A DNA stretch of 63,760 nt, counting the filler, from Stramenopiles sp. TOSAG23-2 (Eukaryota): NCBI GenBank assembly GCA_900128395.1. It is 8 parts of 8 records of this genome, joined end to end, with 100 filler letters (N's around TTAATTAATTAA, not from the genome) between each part and the next. Parts side by side here need not be neighbours in the genome. Positions count along the whole stretch, not along the records: positions 47,299 to 59,002 come from LT649908.1; positions 59,103 to 60,588 come from LT652807.1; positions 60,689 to 62,174 come from LT652808.1; positions 62,275 to 63,760 come from LT652809.1; 4 more parts are not named here. One strand, written 5' to 3'. The first letter of the stretch is position 1; each line of letters opens with the position of its first letter. Made by a program: the position numbers and the translations under genes. Shown here piece after piece: positions 56,670-63,760 of this stretch. The notes under the pieces were generated by a model. The model was not told the origin of the DNA. It made no database searches and saw only the letters and a list, made by a program, of their open reading frames with translations.

Positions 56670-57092
56670 ATGAATAAGAATCACAAAGAAATATATCTTT
56701 TTTCAAAAAAAAATGCAAAATGGAATACAAATAGAAATCAATGGGATGAACCTTCAAGAGATTTAAAACACGAGTTTGAATCATTGAAATTAGATACAAC
56801 ATTATCGCCAGAAATGCGACAATTTTTAGAATATCAAATAGAGAAAATTGCAATAGAAGTTGCTAATGAAGCTATTCAATGTGCAGCGCAAATTCATCAA
56901 GATAATGAACGAAATAAAGCAATCAAATTAAATAATCAAAATCCGCCATCTTTATATCAATTGAGTAAACTTCATTCAAAAGCTAATAATAGTAATAATG
57001 ATGATGATATCAATTGCAGCAGTAAATACCATGAAAATAAATACGATGAGGAAGACAATGACAATAATAATAAATCATATAATAAGAAGTAG
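56670..57092 (+). CDS. Hypothetical protein (140 aa)
   Basis: ATG-initiated ORF with a helical core and host-like Asn/Asp tail. Confidence 0.55.
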   Translation: MNKNHKEIYLFSKKNAKWNTNRNQWDEPSRDLKHEFESLKLDTTLSPEMRQFLEYQIEKIAIEVANEAIQCAAQIHQDNERNKAIKLNNQNPPSLYQLSKLHSKANNSNNDDDINCSSKYHENKYDEEDNDNNNKSYNKK

Positions 57093-57419
57093 CAGCATTG
57101 AAAATATCTGGTGTCCTACCACATCGAGAGTAGCAAAAAGAAGAAAAGAAAAGAAAAATGTAAAATATTTTCAAAATACTTGAACACACATAGATAAAAT
57201 ATTTTAAGACGTACAATATACGGTATACGCTTCGTAAAAGATAATAGACTATGTATAAATATATATTATATATAATAATTCTTCCACACTCTTTCATTTT
57301 ATGCAATTCTGTCTAGATAATAGTATTTAATTAATTTCTAGAGATATATAATATATATATATATAATATTTATAATTTTAAAAATTTTTATTATTTATTT
57401 GCAAAGGACTTTGCATTAC

Positions 57420-58517
57420 TTAATGGCCGTCGATAGCATTGCCTTTTGATTGTCCTGGTTGTACTATTGAAAGACGTTTAGCATGCATAATTTTTTTGTT
57501 ATTTCTTTTTACTATCATCATATTTATAATCAATGCAAATGTTCCTAATGTCAATTTCAACATACCAAATGTACCTCCAATACGTTCAACTAATGCTTGT
57601 AATCCATACAATGTCTCATCTATAACTTGGCTTTTGTCAGACATTCTTAGATAATAAACTAAAAATTCTTCTGATATATCGGAAGAACGCCGTGTATAAA
57701 AACTCTCATACTCAAGGTAACGTAATTGGCTTGTCACCCCACTATTACCAAAGAATCCTGTAAAAATTCCATATAATGTATAGTTTACAGGTTTAAAAAA
57801 TATCTCAACTCCTTGCCATGTTCCATCTTCAAATGTGGTATATGCTTTGCTTCCCCATGCAGTTTCATTGTAACTTATTCTATCGTTTATCCACATGCTG
57901 ATTCCTCCATATGACCGTAAAAATTTATCTAAAATATCTGTCCTATTTTGACACGTTAACCCTTGTGTTTCGTTCAACTCGTCTGCGTAATTCCAACATG
58001 GTTCGACTGTAATCTTCATATAACGATACTCTTTGGACGCATATTCACCAACAACACTTAATTTATCTTTGTCTTCTGGACAGTATGCATTAACAAATAC
58101 ACCAGGATGAGTCTCAATTTTACATTGTTCAGTCCCTAAGTATCTATTTACCCTTGGCTTATCCTTGTTCTTGTCTGATTCATAGATTGTTCGAAGTTTA
58201 AAACTTACTCGTCCCCAGGTATCGTCAACATCTTTAATATTTCTGGAAAATGAAACAGCTAATTCAGGCAATTCTGCTGGAATTTTGCTTCGTCCATGCT
58301 GGTGCAATGCTTGGGATGAGGCTCGCCTTTCCATTAACTCAAAGGATGAATTTATAGAAGTGTACATCAAGACAAACATCAATATTGTAACAAATGCACC
58401 AAATGTTGAACGAATTCTTCTATCTTCTTCATATCCATTAACGTCTAATTGACGAAATAGTTTTTTAACCAAAGGTTCCTTTTCAGGATAATGCAAATGT
58501 GGTAAATGGTGTGGCAT
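57420..58517 (-). CDS. Two-TM protein with a large Cys-containing lumenal or extracellular loop
   Basis: TM1 after RSTFGAFVTIL; loop with VVGEY...EYRYMKITVEPC.N; TM2 starting LVERIGGTFGML. Confidence 0.75.
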   Translation of the reverse strand: MPHHLPHLHYPEKEPLVKKLFRQLDVNGYEEDRRIRSTFGAFVTILMFVLMYTSINSSFELMERRASSQALHQHGRSKIPAELPELAVSFSRNIKDVDDTWGRVSFKLRTIYESDKNKDKPRVNRYLGTEQCKIETHPGVFVNAYCPEDKDKLSVVGEYASKEYRYMKITVEPCWNYADELNETQGLTCQNRTDILDKFLRSYGGISMWINDRISYNETAWGSKAYTTFEDGTWQGVEIFFKPVNYTLYGIFTGFFGNSGVTSQLRYLEYESFYTRRSSDISEEFLVYYLRMSDKSQVIDETLYGLQALVERIGGTFGMLKLTLGTFALIINMMIVKRNNKKIMHAKRLSIVQPGQSKGNAIDGH

Positions 58518-59002
58518 GCTATATCCTATGATTTCAGTTTTTGCGACAGTTTATGTTTATGGATTAGAACATATAAAGTTGTCTATTTATTTATATGCGC
58601 CTGTATATATGTATATTATGTATGCTGTTTTCCACTTTATACATGAGTAGCCAGCTAATAAGTCAATAGTCAATAATAAAAGTCTGTAAACTCCTCATTT
58701 TATTTATAGTAGCACCGACAAATGAGACACTCTTTTTGATCCTGGATTTAAAGTACGATTATTAGACTACTAAATGAACAATTGAAATGAGATTATTTGA
58801 TAGGAAATTTACATATTATTTAGGCCGTCACAGCACTATTTGTTTTTTGTTTGTACAAAAAAATTGCAAGTTTCAAGTTTCTTTCCAGAAGCATACTAAC
58901 ATATACCAGCATTCTTACGAGTACTCATAATGTATATCATATACAGTATGAATTCTATTGTACACTCCTCTGCTACAATATTATGCATTATGAATACTAC
59001 AC

Positions 59003-59102
59003 NNNNNNNNNNNNNNNNNNNNNNNNNNNNNNNNNNNNNNNNNNNNTTAATTAATTAANNNNNNNNNNNNNNNNNNNNNNNNNNNNNNNNNNNNNNNNNN
59101 NN
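59003..59102. other. Artificial contig spacer
   Basis: N44-TTAATTAATTAA-N44 linker. Confidence 0.98.
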
Positions 59103-59719
59103 ATGATCGTGATGCATTGTATTTTGTTGTTTGTTCGTTGAATATAATTAATATTTGTATTACTCTTCTTATTGCATCTAATAGAATATCTCTATATATA
59201 TCAATGTATATATATATATAGATCGATAGATAGATAGATGTCAAATAATGTTTGTACAAGTTGCATGATGTATATATCAAGGAGTATTCACAGAGTAGGA
59301 ATTTATATTTATTATTTTTTAAATTAATTTTTTAATTTTTATGTTGTGATGGAAGACGATTTATCCAAGTACAACTGATTTTATATATTTACTTGCTGTG
59401 TATATCTTCTATCTTAGTCTATGAAAAAACACACCTATCAAGTTCTGAGTATAACATACATTATTTTATTGGCAATAATAATCCCCATACACACGGAATG
59501 ATGAAACGTTAAAATTAACGATATAATAATGTGTTAGTATATGAATATGGTGTACTTGAATGTACTATGTAATAGGAGTGGTATCGTGATGCTAAACCAG
59601 TACGTATTGCTGAGCTAACCCTAATGATAATGAGTAGTAGGTAGTTAGCATGAATCGTGCGATTAGTAGGCATATAGCATATGTAATAAATGTAGAACTG
59701 TGTGATAGTAATCTGATGA

Positions 59720-60198
59720 TATGAGCCTAGCGTGCGGATTAGTAGGTACATAGCACCAGTATCCAAGCAGGTTAGCAGGTAGAAGGTAAACAGGTAGATA
59801 AGCATGAATGAAATGAGCCTAGCATGCGGATTAGTAGGTACATAGCACCAGCAATCCAGCAACCGACAGCTCATTAAGGTATATATATATATAGGTAGAT
59901 AAGCATGAATGAAATGAGCCTAGCGTGCGGATTAGTAGGTACATAGCACCAGCAATCCAGCAACCGACAGCTCATTAAGGTATATATATATATAGGTAGA
60001 TAAGCATGAATGAAATGAGCCTAGCGTGCGGATTAGTAGGTACATAGCACCAGCAATCCAGCAACCGACAGCTCATTAAGGTATATATATATATAGGTAG
60101 ATAAGCATGAATGAAATGAGCCTAGCGTGCGGATTAGTAGGTACATAGCACCAGCAATCCAGCAACCGACAGCTCATTAAGGTATATATATATATATA
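59720..60198. repeat. 101-bp tandem satellite, four near-identical copies plus a partial upstream copy
   Basis: Unit AGGTAGATAAGCATGAATGAAATGAGCCTAGCGTGCGG...CTCATTAAGGTATATATATATAT starts at 59792, 59893, 59994 and 60095. Confidence 0.95.
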
Positions 60199-60588
60199 CG
60201 ATGGGAATAGCACTATATAAGAACAGCCGCCAGCCCCCTATAACTAGCTGCTAATAAATAAACTACCCGTTTTTATGGCCGTTTTATTTGCAATGCAAGC
60301 AATGCAAGCAATAAATAAATGCACAAATACATCAATATTGATAGTAGGGAAACAAATGTATATGTGCAGAGTGAAAAACAAAAAAAACTAGACGGAACAA
60401 ATACCAAAGAACAGTTGTAAAACAATATATATAGTCTATCGTAATACATATTTATTAATAAATATAGTAGTATATATAGGACATATAGTTTGAAAAAAAA
60501 AAAAGGATAATATATAACAAAAAAATGGAAGACTTTACATCCGAAAAACAAGATAGGGAAGCACGGATTAAAGCACGTCGTACACGTA

Positions 60589-60688
60589 NNNNNNNNNNNN
60601 NNNNNNNNNNNNNNNNNNNNNNNNNNNNNNNNTTAATTAATTAANNNNNNNNNNNNNNNNNNNNNNNNNNNNNNNNNNNNNNNNNNNN
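60589..60688. other. Artificial contig spacer
   Basis: N44-TTAATTAATTAA-N44 linker. Confidence 0.98.
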
Positions 60689-60714
60689 CAAAAGAACTTT
60701 TTACAGAATATGAA

Positions 60715-61407
60715 ATGGCAACAATGGTTGAGAAAGCAACATTTGTCAATTTTGATTTTTACGTACAACCAAAAGAGAATAGCGCGGAGTATGAAGTTGC
60801 TTTGGGTACTGCAAGAACAAATGGAGGAGTAACAGAAATTGGTTATTTATATGCTGGCAAAGCGAAAGGTATTCTTTCCCCAGAGTACGCATGTGGAACT
60901 GCAAAGAAAAAGAAAGGGGGTTTTTTTGGCAAAGGTGGAAGAGTAAGTTACTGTAACAAACAAATGGTAACAAATGACAAAATTAAAAGAATTAAAAGTG
61001 CCTTGGAATATTTTGCATTTGAAAGTATTAAATTTGATGGGAGTTCAAATTTTGATACAATGATGAATTTGGACAAAAATAGTAATAGTCAATCATCCAA
61101 GTCATTTATGACGGACAATGATGGTTTGTGGAAATTAGATGATTATACAAAGGCAATGATTGGTGAAGATGATGGCAATAGTGGTGGCGATGATCCATTT
61201 AACCTAGTTTATCCAGGAAGGATCAAGTTAGGCGGTGGGAAAGGAACCAGAAATCCTTTATTTGGCAGGACAAGTAATGGTGGTGGTTCACACCGTCAAC
61301 GATTTCGTTGGTCCAACGATGCTTCTACAGCAGCCGAACATTGTCCTTTTGATTACCCTCCCGGTAAATCCTTTGTTGCTAAAATCAGCCATGAAGATTT
61401 AAATTAA
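60715..61407 (+). CDS. Hypothetical protein, probably the C-terminal part of a 5'-truncated gene
   Basis: 230-aa ORF starting close to the contig start. Confidence 0.6.
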   Translation: MATMVEKATFVNFDFYVQPKENSAEYEVALGTARTNGGVTEIGYLYAGKAKGILSPEYACGTAKKKKGGFFGKGGRVSYCNKQMVTNDKIKRIKSALEYFAFESIKFDGSSNFDTMMNLDKNSNSQSSKSFMTDNDGLWKLDDYTKAMIGEDDGNSGGDDPFNLVYPGRIKLGGGKGTRNPLFGRTSNGGGSHRQRFRWSNDASTAAEHCPFDYPPGKSFVAKISHEDLN

Positions 61408-61700
61408 TATAGGATTCCGTTGTTTATATATATATATTTATGGTGCATTTTTACACCTTAAAGTAAATTTAAAATACAATTAATATACTAAGAGTATTAA
61501 AAAAAATCGCTAAAATCTGAAAATTTGACCTTTCTTTCTTCTTTGAATTTGCAATGTATGTAGCAATAATAATCCACCAAATATGCAATATATATATGTC
61601 ATGTGTAGAATACGGAATACTTTTCAAAGTTTCTTTAGTTCAGATGTAAACAACAATTTATCCAAAAGGTTTCATATTCATCTATACGCGGAGAAACAAC

Positions 61701-62119
61701 ATGTCATCATTTGTCACCAACGAGGATGATGCGTATCATGACAATGACAACAACAACAATAACATAGATTACAATAATAATAATAATAATATAGATTACA
61801 ATAACTATTATGAAACACAGCAAAAACAACAAGAACAACAACAATCATCGTCATCATCTGTATCTATATCAACAAAAATGTCTTCTTCTACCATTTCAAA
61901 AGAGTTACAAGAATTATCACCCTCCCGTCGACGTAATAAACGTAAAAAGAAAAAAAAGAAACAAACAAGTGCAAATGCAAAATTCGTTAGACCAACAGGA
62001 CCATTCGAAAGCTTTTCCAATTTACCTCAAATTCGCGAGACCCAACCTGGTGTCGCTAGATCAGCATTAGTAAAACGTAAATTACATGCGTTGTGTCGAT
62101 TATTTGATTTTTCTTCTTC

Positions 62120-62172
<53 letters not shown>

Positions 62173-62174
62173 GT
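61701..62174 (+). CDS. Possible PP2A B56 (B') regulatory-subunit-like protein, N-terminal fragment
   Basis: FSNLPQIRETQPG..RSALVKRKLHALCRLFDFS resembles the start of the B56 domain (LP...D.P......LF..KL..C...FDF); truncated at a poly-Asn run. Confidence 0.5.
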
Positions 62175-62274
62175 NNNNNNNNNNNNNNNNNNNNNNNNNN
62201 NNNNNNNNNNNNNNNNNNTTAATTAATTAANNNNNNNNNNNNNNNNNNNNNNNNNNNNNNNNNNNNNNNNNNNN
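62175..62274. other. Artificial contig spacer
   Basis: N44-TTAATTAATTAA-N44 linker. Confidence 0.98.
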
Positions 62275-63729
62275 AGAAGATGAATCCAAAGTAGCTGCAG
62301 CTTTTTTATCAGCATGAGCTTTCTTTTTATTAGCATGAGCTTCTTTGTCCCGTTTTGACTGCTGTAATCTTGCAGCTTTACTAATTTTACTCGGCGACGT
62401 GCGCTTGTCATTTTTCAGCTTTTTGTTATTTCTTGCGGCACCTTTAGACTGCGTCAATAATGGTGATGGGTTCAACGCTGATAAGTTCGATGCCGCATGT
62501 GGGGGTGGTGGATTGATGCTACTAGCTTTGACCTTTTTTACCAATAAGATGTGATCTTTCTTATTCTTTTTTTTTGAAGCATTTTTATTATTACTAGCTA
62601 CGTTTACAGTAACAACTTTCATGACTTTCTTTCCACCTTTTGCAGATGTCTTTGCATTTTTCTTATTTCCTTTTGCCCCTAATGATTTATTATTATCATA
62701 TTTCCCTTTTTTATTTTGTTTCTTATTATTCAACATTGTTGTGTTTTTACTAAGAATATTGTTATTCTTGCCTTCGTTCGATTTTGGCAACAATAATTGT
62801 GGCTCCATATTAAGTTTGCCACTATTCAAAAAGGATGAAGATTCCATCATCAACAATGTTTTTGGTTTAAATTCCGGCGAATCGCTGCTTAACAATGTCG
62901 TTTTTTTCGTCGGCGTGCTTTGCATCGCTTGCATTTGCTGTTGTTGAAATTGTTGTTGCAGTTGTTGTTGCGACATCATGCTCATCACAGGAGTCGCGAC
63001 AGGTTGTTGCATCGAAGGCATACTCATACGAATTGGTTGGCCCATCATATTTGGTATAGGTTGACCCATCATATTTGGTATTGGTTGACCCATAATTGTA
63101 GGAGTCGGCAGCGCATTTTTTGGTTCAAATGGTTTTGCAGTAATATTAATTTTATTCTTTTTTTCTTCATTTTTATCATCTGATACCGAAGAAGCTGTGC
63201 TTCCAGTTGTGGTTTTATCTGGAATAGTTTGTTTTGCAATATCTACTTTCTTTTCACTACTATCTCCATTATCATTAATAATAGCATTACGATGTTGTAA
63301 AAGTAATGATGATTTTGGCGGCCCTACATCCGCTTTTGCGCTTGTTCCTGTACTACTCCTACTAAATAAAAGAGATTTCAAACGTTCCGTTGCCATCGCA
63401 TTTGTACGATCTACTTCATTCTGCATTCTTGTATTTGGGCTTGCATTACCAGCATTAGTGCCACTCGTTGCTGAAGTAGCATCTGATGATGATGGTTGAA
63501 GACTTCCTTGTGGTCGTATACCTTGTTGCGATCCCAACATTTGCTTTAATACCGTATCATTATTATTATTGCCATCGTTGGTATTGCGATTGCTGCTAAA
63601 CGTTGATGTTGAGGCAGTTGTTGCAGAGCCACTCAATGTACCATTATTGGGAAAAGAAGAGGAGCTATTTCTTTGAGTTGATGCATTATTTGTATTTTGT
63701 GATGAAAATGCATTATTTGGAAAATTCAT
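62275..63729 (-). CDS. Low-complexity protein fragment with two PAM2-like motifs
   Basis: KINITAKPFEPK and LLSSDSPEFKPK flank MGQPIPNM repeats and a Gln-rich tract; the frame is open at both contig ends. Confidence 0.65.
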
Positions 63730-63760
63730 TGTCCGGTTATCGCTATTGTTATTATTACTA

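Noticed and set aside
59792-60198. Regular repeats as a possible CRISPR array
   Set aside because: Whole units are repeated with no unique spacers, and no cas genes are present
11741-62274. TTAATTAATTAA flanked by N runs, seven times, and apparent gene neighbourhoods across them
   Set aside because: Identical synthetic spacers; contigs are ordered by length, so cross-gap synteny has no meaning, and ORF ends translated as X/LIN are artefacts

Overview
The window is not one locus. It holds eight unlinked, size-sorted contigs (five of about 11.7 kb, three of 1,486 bp) joined by artificial 100-bp N44-TTAATTAATTAA-N44 spacers. Most contigs look like an AT-rich, intron-poor, standard-code unicellular eukaryote, probably a flagellate given ZMYND10; a stramenopile-like single-cell assembly is an inference only. 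Host-type genes include ZMYND10, a WGR-BRCT-ATP-dependent DNA ligase, an MFS transporter, a histidine phosphatase, a repeat-rich surface protein, a CAMK-type kinase, a class I HDAC, a C2/UBA protein, a GNAT, an RGS-containing RalGAP-alpha-like protein and a metallothionein. The stand-out is contig 4 (35492-47198), a partial Polinton-like virus or virophage-related element. It encodes a PolA-type (TVpol-like) primase-polymerase fused to an SF3 helicase, an A32/FtsK packaging ATPase and a Maverick-type conserved protein. It also carries three small amino-methyltransferases that share a novel N-terminal repeat module, and an iteron-like inverted-repeat structure upstream of the replicase. No capsid gene, integrase or terminal repeat is visible because the contig is truncated. 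Several small foldback or MITE-like elements and a 101-bp satellite occur elsewhere. All protein calls come from motif recognition by eye, not database searches.
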